30,949 bases of DNA, from NCBI GenBank assembly GCA_030597345.1, contig JAUVSA010000001.1, positions 1 through 30,949 of the forward strand, given 5' to 3'. The notes beneath the pieces are model-generated. The model saw only the letters and a program-made list of their open reading frames with translations, was not told where the DNA came from and made no database searches. This document shows, piece after piece, positions 15,499-23,638 of this stretch; position 1 is the first letter of the stretch, and each line of letters begins with the position of its first letter. Position numbers and translations under genes: made by a program. Source of the DNA: Bacillota bacterium (GTDB taxonomy: Bacteria; Armatimonadota; Hebobacteria; Hebobacterales; Hebobacteraceae).

Positions 15499-16932
15499 TC
15501 AGCGTTTCTTCTTCTTCTTCTTCCTGCGCGGCCGAGTTCCCTGCGAGATCTTGTCGAACGCTTCTGGCGGCGGGGCGGGAGACGGCGAGCTGGGTATGGG
15601 TGGCTGCGCCTGCGCGAGGGCGAGGGTGCCAGCAACGTCCGCATCCTCCAGGCGACGGCGACGCATGATGAGATACTGGTGGCCGGTCATGAGGATATTG
15701 TTGAGCAGCCAGTATAGGATGAAGGCGGCGGGAAGGCCCTTGAGGATGACAACGAGCAGCACCGGCATCATGAATGCCATGAGCTTCTGCTGCTGCTGCT
15801 GCTCAGGCGTGGCGGCCGGGGTGGCAATCAGCTTCTGGGAGACGTACATGCTGAGCCCGTAGACGAGGAGAAGAGGGCCCGGCCAGAGCGACCCGCCAAT
15901 ACTGATGACGTCGGGGTTGGCCAGGCTGTCGACATGGAGGAAGTGCACGCCCTCGAAGCGGAAGACAAACTGGCGGATCCCGTAGTAGACCCAGATCAGG
16001 ATAGGCATCTGGATCAACATAGGGAGACAGCTGGATGCGGGATTGACCTTGTGCTCCTTGAAGAGCGCCATTTGGGCCCGCGCGAGCTGCTGCTTGTCGT
16101 TCTTGTACTTCTCCTGGAGCTTCTTGACCTCCGGCTGAACGGCCTGCATCGCATGCATGCTGCGGAACTGCGCGGTGGAGAGAGGCATGGTGATGAGCTT
16201 GGCAAGGAGGGCGATCAGGACGATGGCGAGCAGATAGCTGCTGTTCTTGTCCCTTCCGCCTGAGATGTTGACCAGGAAATCGAAGATGCGGTAGGCGAGC
16301 TTCTCCTGGTAGTACTCGTCCAGTGCCTTATATGAATGGTGGCGGATGTCGACGGCGAGCCACTCTACCACGGGGGCCGGGCCCACCGGCGGCTGGCGCA
16401 CGAGGACGAGCGGCCCGCGCAGCTTCCCCGTGCTAGCATCTAACTGGATGGGGAAGTTAGCCCCGCGCTCGAGTGCCTTAATGGCGTTCTTCTTCCGCTT
16501 CGCCGGATCTTCGCCCGAGACGTTCTCAGCGAGGTGCTCGTTTACCTGGGCCACCCGCATGAAGGCAACTGAGCCGTATTCACTGCCTGTGGCCTGCTCG
16601 TATTCCCGGATCGCTTCCCTGAATTCCCCCAGGCGCTCCCAGCAGTATCCAATGAGGAGGTGCAGGCGTGCCGCATCCGATCGCAGACTGCGATCCTTGC
16701 TGTCCGCGATGGGCGCGAGGCTGGCCTTGAGGGATTCGAGGTGGGATCGCACCGGCCCGTCGTCCCTGTCCTCTTCCGACTCCCCGCCTGCGGCCGCCAC
16801 CAGGTCAATCTCCTCGAGTTGGGCACGGAGCTTCACCAGGCGGTCTTCTGGCAAGGGCACACCCATCGCTCCGAAACAGCCCGCGAGCAAGGGCAGAAGA
16901 AGGACCGAAAGCACGAGGATGCCCCGGCTCAT
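15499..16932 (-). CDS. yidC: Membrane protein insertase YidC with N-terminal lipobox and TPR-like extension
   Basis: Core KLITMPL...QPEVKKLQEKYKND...HKVNP..SCLPMLIQMPI...LPAAFILYWLLNN; start ATG 16932 with GAAGGAGGGG RBS; LLAGC lipobox (Cys19); between yidD and jag. Confidence 0.93.
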   Translation of the reverse strand: MSRGILVLSVLLLPLLAGCFGAMGVPLPEDRLVKLRAQLEEIDLVAAAGGESEEDRDDGPVRSHLESLKASLAPIADSKDRSLRSDAARLHLLIGYCWERLGEFREAIREYEQATGSEYGSVAFMRVAQVNEHLAENVSGEDPAKRKKNAIKALERGANFPIQLDASTGKLRGPLVLVRQPPVGPAPVVEWLAVDIRHHSYKALDEYYQEKLAYRIFDFLVNISGGRDKNSSYLLAIVLIALLAKLITMPLSTAQFRSMHAMQAVQPEVKKLQEKYKNDKQQLARAQMALFKEHKVNPASSCLPMLIQMPILIWVYYGIRQFVFRFEGVHFLHVDSLANPDVISIGGSLWPGPLLLVYGLSMYVSQKLIATPAATPEQQQQQKLMAFMMPVLLVVILKGLPAAFILYWLLNNILMTGHQYLIMRRRRLEDADVAGTLALAQAQPPIPSSPSPAPPPEAFDKISQGTRPRRKKKKKKR

Positions 16933-17210
16933 GCCCGCCCCTCCTTCGCTCGCCCCTCGCCCCAGGGGCCGGGGTCGTAACCACCGGATGAAAACGGATT
17001 GCAGCGGAGAAGACGCCAAGCAGCGAGGAGAGAACCCCTCAGCAGGCCGCGCGCGCCGATTGCCCCGGCTGCGTATTCCGAGCACGAGGGATAGTAGCGG
17101 CAGGTGCCCGGCTTGAGGATGCTGAGGTAGCGCTGGTAGGCGCGGACCAAGGCGATGGCCGCGCGTGCGGGGAGCCTGAGAGCACTGTGCGCAGTGGCGG
17201 AAGCGCTCAT
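16929..17210 (-). CDS. yidD: Membrane protein insertion efficiency factor
   Basis: LVRAYQRYLS, CRYYPSCSEYA, G..RG..LAAWRLLRCNPFSSGGYDP; between rnpA and yidC. Confidence 0.95.
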   Translation of the reverse strand: MSASATAHSALRLPARAAIALVRAYQRYLSILKPGTCRYYPSCSEYAAGAIGARGLLRGSLLAAWRLLRCNPFSSGGYDPGPWGEGRAKEGRA

Positions 17211-17569
17211 GTTCCAGCTGACGGCTTCCCGCCGAGGACCCTGGCCTCGCGCAGAAGCTCGGTTATGACGTTGAGGCGGTCGGGGAAGGACAGCGCAAGG
17301 ACCTGGGGTCGAGCCACGATGACTAGGTCCCAGGGCGCCTCGCCGCCTGCCAGCGCGAGACGGGATGTCTCACGAAGCACGCGACGGGCGCGGTTGCGCG
17401 CCACGGCGGTGCGAAAGCGCCGCCCGGCAACGACCGCCAGGCGCGGCAGCGGCGCGAGTTCCTCGTCGAGTCCCCGGCGCCGAGCGTGCAGGACAAAACA
17501 GGGGGAATGGAAGCGTCGGCCTTCCTGTAAGCTTCGATGGATGTCGCTTTTCCGGCGGAGGCGCAGCAC
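17207..17569 (-). CDS. rnpA: Ribonuclease P protein component
   Basis: RLRRKSD, RLAVVAGRRFRTAVARNRARRVLRE (RNR motif), DLVIVAR; canonical position after rpmH. Confidence 0.92.
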   Translation of the reverse strand: MLRLRRKSDIHRSLQEGRRFHSPCFVLHARRRGLDEELAPLPRLAVVAGRRFRTAVARNRARRVLRETSRLALAGGEAPWDLVIVARPQVLALSFPDRLNVITELLREARVLGGKPSAGT

Positions 17570-17578
17570 CCGAGGGCC

Positions 17579-17725
17579 CTATCTGGAGGGTCCGGCCGCA
17601 AGCCGGACGCGACCTTTGGCGCGGCGGCGGCGCAGGATGTTGCGGCCGGCCGGGGTGCGCATCCGTTTGCGGAAGCCATGGGTGCGCAGACGCTTTCGGC
17701 GCTTCGGTTGGTAGGTCCGCTTCAC
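17579..17725 (-). CDS. rpmH: 50S ribosomal protein L34 (48 aa; absent from ORF track)
   Basis: Hand translation from GTG 17725: [48 protein letters not shown]; GAGGA RBS upstream. Confidence 0.97.
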   Translation of the reverse strand: MKRTYQPKRRKRLRTHGFRKRMRTPAGRNILRRRRAKGRVRLAAGPSR

Positions 17726-17799
17726 AGGTTCCTCTGCCGGCGTAGCATGTAAGTGAATGTGGCCCGGCCGGTAAGGACCGAGGCCACGGATGTGGCCGC

Positions 17800-17828
17800 A
17801 TTATAGCATACGGTCGGACTTCGAGCAA
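17800..17828 (-). promoter_or_regulatory. sigma70 promoter of the rpmH operon
   Basis: Minus strand TTGCTC-17 bp-TATAAT with extended -10 TG. Confidence 0.75.
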
Positions 17829-17909
17829 GGCCGCACAGTCTAGCATCGTCTCGATGTGTCTTGTCCAAAGAGCACGATCAAGCTATTGGTGAGGTGATGA
17901 AGATTTTTC

Positions 17910-17938
17910 TTGCCAATGACAGTATGCTGTGTTATACT
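17910..17938 (+). promoter_or_regulatory. sigma70 promoter of dnaA
   Basis: TTGCCA (17910-15)-17 bp-TATACT (17933-38) with extended -10 TG. Confidence 0.7.
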
Positions 17939-18002
17939 CCCGGTCGCTAAAGGGATGGATCGGTGTAGGCGAGAATCCCGGCGGGACGGGACCAGTACTA
18001 AG

Positions 18003-18034
18003 TTATCCACAGGTGTTGATAGTGCTGTGGATTT
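18003..18034. promoter_or_regulatory. DnaA boxes upstream of dnaA
   Basis: Perfect TTATCCACA at 18003-18011; inverted near-match TGTGGATTT at 18026-18034; a further degenerate CAATCCACA at 18176-18184. Confidence 0.75.
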
Positions 18035-18338
18035 GCGTGTCGGCATAGTGCCTAGCTTTTCCGAGCCCTTGAGAGTTGCATGCGCTCACGATTAGGGCGA
18101 GGGGCTGAAGTCTAAGACGGAAAAACGACAGCAATTATCGCATCATTTTCATCCCACTCCTGAGACCGACGCGGCCAATCCACACCCCGATCCCCAACTA
18201 GGGATCTCCCGCTCTAGCCCGGTCGATGCGCGACCGGGTCCCCCGATCCCCGCCTATTCTCTGCCGTCGCCGGACGGCGAGGCACGTTGGTCGCTGCCGC
18301 GGCGAACCGACTAGAAGCTATCTATCAAGGGGACATGG

Positions 18339-19712
18339 ATGAGCGAACAGCAGCCGTCGGCGCAGGAGGTGTGGACGCAGGTACTCAAGACACTGGGCAA
18401 GAAGGCCGCCCGACCGTCATTCGAAAGCTCGATCAAGCAGGTTCGACCCCGGGCCGTGGATGAGAACTCCCTCCAGTTGGTTGTGGCGACGGAGTTCGCC
18501 CGGGACTGGCTGGAAAAGCGAGGGAAGAAGGCGCTCGAAGAGGCCTTGGCGCGAGTGGTCGGGCGTCCGCTCAAGGTGAAATTCGAGTTGGGCCAGATGG
18601 GGCTGGACCTGGACGCAAGTGCCGAGTCCCTGCGAAAGCGTACCAGAGTGAATCGCCAGCGCCGGCGGTACGCCGAACCACTCGCGAGCACCCCCCTGAG
18701 TCCCAGGTACACCTTCGACGCCTTCGTGGTCGGGAAGAGCAATCAGTTCGCCCAGGCGGCCGCCCTGGCGGTGGCGCGCAACCCCGCGAAGTCTTACAAT
18801 CCCCTGTTCCTCTATGGCGGAGTGGGCCTGGGCAAGACCCACCTGATGCAGGCGATCGGGCACCACGTGGCACAGAACAATGCCAACCTGCGGGTGGAGT
18901 ACGTTTCCGGCGACACCTTCACGTTTCACGTAGTATCATCCATCCGGGACGACCGATTCGCGGCCTTCCGGCGGAAGTACCAGGAGGTAGACGTGTGGCT
19001 GGTGGATGACATCCAGTTCATCGCCGCCAAAGAGCGAACCGAGTCCGAGTTCTTCCAGGTGTTCAACACCTTGTACGAGACAGGCCGTCAGGTCGTGATA
19101 ACGAGCGACCGCCCCCCCAAGGAACTCCAGGTAATGGACGACCGCCTTCGCTCTCGCTTCGAGTGGGGTCTCATCGCGGACATCAAGCCGCCAGATCTCG
19201 AAACCCGGATTGCGATTCTCGCGCGGAAAGCCCAGGCCGAGGGTGTGCAAGTCCCGGAGGAGGTCGTGCACTACATCGCCCGCATGGTGAAGTCCAACAT
19301 CCGGGTATTGGAGGGGGCTCTGATCAGAGTCCTTGCCGCTGCCTCCCTGATGGGCGTGAATATCACGCTGTCCTTGGCCGCAGAACAGCTCCGGGACCAC
19401 TCCATCGATACTCACCAGCACCCGGGGAGCATTGCCCGCGTCCAGGAGCTTGTGGCCGAGCACTTCCACCTCTCTGTTCCCGAACTAACTGCCCGTACTC
19501 GCAAGCGAGATATCGTTCATGCCCGGCAGATTGCCATGTATCTCTGCCGGGAGCTCCTGAGCTCATCTTTCCCCAGTATAGCACGGGCCTTCGGTGGCAA
19601 GGATCACACCACTGTAATCCATGCGTGTGGTAGGGTCCGGGAGAAGATGAAAGACGGAGGCCTCCGCGTCCTCGTAAATGAACTCAGCGCCAGACTTCGA
19701 ACCGAGATGTGA
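18339..19712 (+). CDS. dnaA: Chromosomal replication initiator protein
   Basis: YTFDAFVVGKSN, YNPLFLYGGVGLGKTHL (Walker A), LVDDIQF, RLRSRFEWGL, GGKDHTTVIHAC; 457 aa. Confidence 0.99.
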   Translation: MSEQQPSAQEVWTQVLKTLGKKAARPSFESSIKQVRPRAVDENSLQLVVATEFARDWLEKRGKKALEEALARVVGRPLKVKFELGQMGLDLDASAESLRKRTRVNRQRRRYAEPLASTPLSPRYTFDAFVVGKSNQFAQAAALAVARNPAKSYNPLFLYGGVGLGKTHLMQAIGHHVAQNNANLRVEYVSGDTFTFHVVSSIRDDRFAAFRRKYQEVDVWLVDDIQFIAAKERTESEFFQVFNTLYETGRQVVITSDRPPKELQVMDDRLRSRFEWGLIADIKPPDLETRIAILARKAQAEGVQVPEEVVHYIARMVKSNIRVLEGALIRVLAAASLMGVNITLSLAAEQLRDHSIDTHQHPGSIARVQELVAEHFHLSVPELTARTRKRDIVHARQIAMYLCRELLSSSFPSIARAFGGKDHTTVIHACGRVREKMKDGGLRVLVNELSARLRTEM

Positions 19713-19945
19713 ATATCCCTGTGAACTCAAGGTGGAATCCCCGGGGATTTCGTCCCGTGCGGGCGACAGCTATTGAAACGTCTCCTCAATCCACAGTTAC
19801 CCCCTACTCTGTCGCCGTCCCGCCCAGGTGTTCTTTTCAGCGGCCGTCTTCGTTATTCTGCGATTTCCCCGGAACTCACCCTTCTGTTATTATTATCTTG
19901 TTGTATATATATGGATTCTAATAATACACTTTTGGCAATAACCCT
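19709..19945. other. Probable oriC unwinding region between dnaA and dnaN
   Basis: Degenerate DnaA boxes (TGTGAATAT 19709-17, CAATCCACA 19787-95) followed by the most AT-rich stretch seen in the window (GTTATTATTATCTTGTTGTATATATATGGATTCTAATAATAC, about 19886-19927) with TAT trinucleotide repeats. Confidence 0.7.
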
Positions 19946-20033
19946 CTGGAACTCAGTTTAGCTGAAAGGTATTGGTGCGGCCAGAAGAGAACTCGGCCGT
20001 GCAGACGACTGATTCGCGACAGGGAGGCTGGCA

Positions 20034-21152
20034 GTGAAAATTACCTGCAATCGACGGGTTCTACACGAGGCCCTCCAGCACGTCAGCCGAGTAGTCTCTG
20101 GAAGAACGACGTTGCCAATCCTCAGCAATCTTCTGTTGGAGGCCGATGGGGGTAAGCTGCGGCTGGTCGCCTACGATATGGAAATCGGCGCGCAGAGCGC
20201 GGTCTCGGTTGAAGTCGAGGAAGCTGGTGCCCTGACGATCCCGGCGAGGGTCTTCGGGGATGTCGTTGCTAGTCTGCCGGATGCGACTGTGGAAATGCGG
20301 AGCGAGGAACGAAGCATATTGGGCTTGAGTTGCGGTCGCTCTCGGTACACCATTCATGGGCTTCCGGCAGAGGAGTTTCCGGCCCTCCCTGAGGTCCCGG
20401 ACGGGGTTAGCTTTGCGGTTTCACAGGCCGGCATGCGAGACTTGATCCGGGGAACGGTCTTTGCGGCATCTGCTGATGAGGCCCGGGCTATCCTCACTGG
20501 GGTGCTCTTGGCATGGGATGCAGACGGGGTGAGAATGGTCGCTACCGACAGCTATCGCCTCGCCATGAAGACCGTGTCGGGCGATGCGGTGAAACTTGAG
20601 GGCCAGGAAGGGAAGGCGTCGGCCATTATCCCTGCGCGAGCACTTCAAGAGCTGAATCGGATGCTTGGTGCCGCTGAGGAAGATGCCCTCGTGAGGGTTC
20701 GAGCAAGCGAGCAACAGATGGTATTTGAGGTCGGCCCGTACACGTTGGTCTCGCGGCTGATCGAGGGACAGTTTCCGAACTACGAACGGGTGATTCCAGG
20801 CGACGCGGATCGCTCCATAAGCGTTAACAGAGCGGATCTGTTGGCAGCGATCAAGCGAGCCGCCATTGTTGCACGCGCGGAAGCGAGCAAACTGGTGTTT
20901 CGAGCACACGAGGGCACGCTTACAATCAGCGCGGAGAGCGGGGATGTGGGCCGGGCGCACGAGGAGCTGCCCGCCACACTGGAAGGCGAAGAGATCGAGA
21001 TAGCCTTCAATGCAGAGTATCTGACGGACGTGCTGGGCGTAATGCAATCGGATACGGTGCTCTGGCAGTTCACGGGTCCGCTGAGTTCCGGGATGCTGAA
21101 GGCCGCTGACGATCCTGATTATCTCTACGTGGTCATGCCGATGCAGTTGTAG
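20034..21152 (+). CDS. dnaN: DNA polymerase III beta sliding clamp
   Basis: TTLPILSNLLL, EEFPALP, RAILTGVLL, MVATDSYRLA, SRLIEGQFPNYERVIP, IAFNAEYL, YVVMPMQL. Confidence 0.99.
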   Translation: MKITCNRRVLHEALQHVSRVVSGRTTLPILSNLLLEADGGKLRLVAYDMEIGAQSAVSVEVEEAGALTIPARVFGDVVASLPDATVEMRSEERSILGLSCGRSRYTIHGLPAEEFPALPEVPDGVSFAVSQAGMRDLIRGTVFAASADEARAILTGVLLAWDADGVRMVATDSYRLAMKTVSGDAVKLEGQEGKASAIIPARALQELNRMLGAAEEDALVRVRASEQQMVFEVGPYTLVSRLIEGQFPNYERVIPGDADRSISVNRADLLAAIKRAAIVARAEASKLVFRAHEGTLTISAESGDVGRAHEELPATLEGEEIEIAFNAEYLTDVLGVMQSDTVLWQFTGPLSSGMLKAADDPDYLYVVMPMQL

Positions 21153-21207
21153 TCGGCGCTGGCGGGTACCGGCTCTGGTCAGACGTTGCCCAGCGCGAGA
21201 GACAGGC

Positions 21208-21248
21208 GGGGCGAGTCCGTTTCAGGCGGGACTGCGCCCCTTTTGTTT
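21208..21248 (+). terminator. Intrinsic terminator after dnaN
   Basis: GGGGCG-AGTCCG...CGGGACT-GCGCCCC stem followed by TTTTGTTT. Confidence 0.75.
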
Positions 21249-21296
21249 ACCTACCGCCCGGGACCGGGCGACAGCGCGATAGAGGGAGCGAGGGTG

Positions 21297-21548
21297 ATGT
21301 TGGCGCGGAGCAAGTTCCTGTCCCCCCTCGGGCCTGAGGCGAGCAGGGCACATGTCACACTGACAGGCGCGAGTCGACCCCGCATGATGCAATATCGGCC
21401 AACGATTGCTCTACGGAATGGACAAAGTCACCAAGCGAATGAGAAGGTCGAGGCCGGTTTGGTGGAAGAAGTTGCCAGCATGTTAGCCGAGACGCGTCGA
21501 AGCGAACGCGAGGCCGACATCGCTCGGGGGGGTCAGCGAGGCTGCTAG
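21297..21548 (+). CDS. Possible small hypothetical protein (83 aa)
   Basis: AGGGAG...AGGG SD-like sequence before GTG/ATG; ends 9 bp before dciA; no recognisable motif. Confidence 0.25.
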   Translation: MLARSKFLSPLGPEASRAHVTLTGASRPRMMQYRPTIALRNGQSHQANEKVEAGLVEEVASMLAETRRSEREADIARGGQRGC

Positions 21549-21557
21549 AGGTGCGCG

Positions 21558-22205
21558 ATGGACAGGTCGTCTGAGGCCGGCGGCGGCTCCCGGGGGCAGG
21601 CAGAACTGGGCCGACTGCTGGCGAGTGTGTTGTCCTCGCTCGACCTGGGGCCGCGGTTCCGGGAACGCCTCGCCATGAAATCATGGCCGGAGATAGCAGG
21701 CCGGGTGGTGAGGTCTCACACCCTGGTCGAGGGGGTGCAAGACGGGGTGCTGTTGGTGGCAACCGACACACCGGCGTGGGCGCAGGAACTGCAGATGCGG
21801 CGCGGAGACCTGCTGGAACGACTGGCGGCGCAAGTCGGCCCGGGCATTATCCGCGAAATACACTTCCGCTCGGGGCTGCGTCGGGCTCGCAAGCGCGATG
21901 TGCCTGGGGCCGAGGCGGGGCGGCCGGCGGAGGTCAAACTGTCGAGGCGCCAGGAACGGAAGATTCGGGGTGCCGTGGCAAACATCGAGGACACGGACTT
22001 GAGGGACCGGGCGGAACGGGCTTTCCTGTCGCTTGCGCGGATGACGGCGTGGCGAAAGCGGACGGGATGGCGCCGGTGTAAGCGCTGCGGTCAGTGGCAG
22101 CGAAGCGGACGGCGATGGTGTGCTTCATGTGTGTACGCCGGCGGCGCTCGGCGAGGTGCAGGCGCCCTGCTGAGACGGCCCAGGCGGATGAGCGAGACGA
22201 GGTGA
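21558..22205 (+). CDS. dciA: DUF721/DciA replicative helicase loader with C-terminal CxxC-CxxC zinc ribbon
   Basis: WPEIAG..V..HT......GVLLVATDTPAWAQELQM...LL.RL....G...IREIHFR DciA core; CKRC...CASC; downstream of dnaN. Confidence 0.8.
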   Translation: MDRSSEAGGGSRGQAELGRLLASVLSSLDLGPRFRERLAMKSWPEIAGRVVRSHTLVEGVQDGVLLVATDTPAWAQELQMRRGDLLERLAAQVGPGIIREIHFRSGLRRARKRDVPGAEAGRPAEVKLSRRQERKIRGAVANIEDTDLRDRAERAFLSLARMTAWRKRTGWRRCKRCGQWQRSGRRWCASCVYAGGARRGAGALLRRPRRMSETR

Positions 22206-23617
22206 CTGGGAAGGATCACGAGTCCGAGCACGGGCCTGCGAGGGGTCCGCGGCGAGCGCCTCCGACGGGGCGGAGGCCCCAGCGCATCCTGATGCTCTCC
22301 TGGGAGTTCCCACCCCGCATCGTGGGAGGGATCGCTAGGCACGTAGATGAGCTTTCCCGTGCCCTGGCGAGAACCGGGCTCGACGTGGATGTCGTCACGG
22401 CCCACCATCCACAGGCACCCGCGATGGAAGAGATCGCGGTGATGGAAGACATTGCGGTCTCCGGGCCTCCTGCGCTGAGTGAGGGGAGGCAGGGCCGATC
22501 CATCAGCCCGGGGCGACTGCGCGTCCTCCGGGCGGGACCGCCCCCAATTCAGCCGCTGGACTTCGTGGCCGAGATACATCAGCTGAACTTCGCTCTCCTG
22601 GAACGGGTGATCGCGGACGGCCGGAGGGACTACGATCTGGTCCATGCACACGACTGGCTGGTCGCGTTCGCTGCGCGTACCCTCCAGCGCGGGCTGGGGC
22701 ACCGGCTGGTGGCGACGGTGCATGCGACGGAGGCAGGCCGCAACCACGGCATCCACACTCCCATGCAGCACTATATACACACTGTCGAATGGCTGTTGAC
22801 CTACGACGCGTTGCGCGTGATTTGCTGCTCAGATGCGATGGCGAGCGAGGTGAGCAGTACGCTGCGGGTACCGGCGGACAAGGTTAGGGTGGTGCCCAAC
22901 GGAGTGGATCCGGATCGCGTGGCGTGCGCTGAATCCCCCGGCGAGCTGCGGGAGTTCCGCCGTCGTTGGGCCGGAGACGGGGAGCGGATCGTTCTTTTCG
23001 TAGGGCGGCTGGTGCGAGAGAAGGGAGTGGAGGTTCTGGTCGACTCGATGCCGGAGGTGCTCACGGCCCATACAGATGCCAAGTTCGTGGTGGCGGGAGG
23101 CGGTCAGCACGGGCACCTGTGGGCGAAGGCGGCTGGGCGCGGGCTGGGCCATAAGATCGTGTTTGGAGGCTTCGTGCCGGAGCGGGATCTCCCGAGGCTG
23201 TACGCGGTGGCCGACGTCGCGGTCTACCCGAGCCTGTACGAGCCATTCGGCATCGTGGCATTGGAGGCGATGGCGGCCGGGGTGCCGATCGTGACCTCCG
23301 ACATTGGCGGGTTCCGGGAGGTGGTGAGGCACCGCGTGACCGGCATTCATACCTGGGCGAACAACGCTCATTCGTTGGCCTGGGGGGTGAATCTGGTGCT
23401 CTCGGATGGCAAGCTGGCCGCGCGGCTGCGACAGGCGGGCCGGCAGGAAGTGCGGAGGAAATACGGCTGGGCCGGGATCGCACAACAGGTGCTAAGTGTC
23501 TACTCGGACGTGTTGAGCGCGCGACATGACGCATTTGAGCAGCGGGAGGCCGGAGTGCTCGGGCCCGGGGTCAGGCCGCGGTACCTCCCGACGGTGGAAG
23601 TCTCCGCGAGAAGCTAG
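22202..23617 (+). CDS. Glycosyltransferase family 4
   Basis: MLSWEFPPRIVGGIARHV, VHAHDWL, TVHATEAGRN, FVGRLVREKG, PSLYEPFGIVALEAMA; GTG overlapping the dciA stop. Confidence 0.92.
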   Translation: MTGKDHESEHGPARGPRRAPPTGRRPQRILMLSWEFPPRIVGGIARHVDELSRALARTGLDVDVVTAHHPQAPAMEEIAVMEDIAVSGPPALSEGRQGRSISPGRLRVLRAGPPPIQPLDFVAEIHQLNFALLERVIADGRRDYDLVHAHDWLVAFAARTLQRGLGHRLVATVHATEAGRNHGIHTPMQHYIHTVEWLLTYDALRVICCSDAMASEVSSTLRVPADKVRVVPNGVDPDRVACAESPGELREFRRRWAGDGERIVLFVGRLVREKGVEVLVDSMPEVLTAHTDAKFVVAGGGQHGHLWAKAAGRGLGHKIVFGGFVPERDLPRLYAVADVAVYPSLYEPFGIVALEAMAAGVPIVTSDIGGFREVVRHRVTGIHTWANNAHSLAWGVNLVLSDGKLAARLRQAGRQEVRRKYGWAGIAQQVLSVYSDVLSARHDAFEQREAGVLGPGVRPRYLPTVEVSARS

Positions 23618-23638
23618 GCGCGGGTGGGAGTGACAGGA

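Noticed and set aside
17840-18095. Short ORFs in the rpmH-dnaA gap
   Set aside because: They overlap the divergent promoters and DnaA boxes; region is better explained as regulatory/origin DNA.
22424-22459. Diverged 18-bp tandem duplication in the GT4 gene (MEEIAV MEDIAV)
   Set aside because: Real but in-frame, within a variable loop, with no evident functional consequence.
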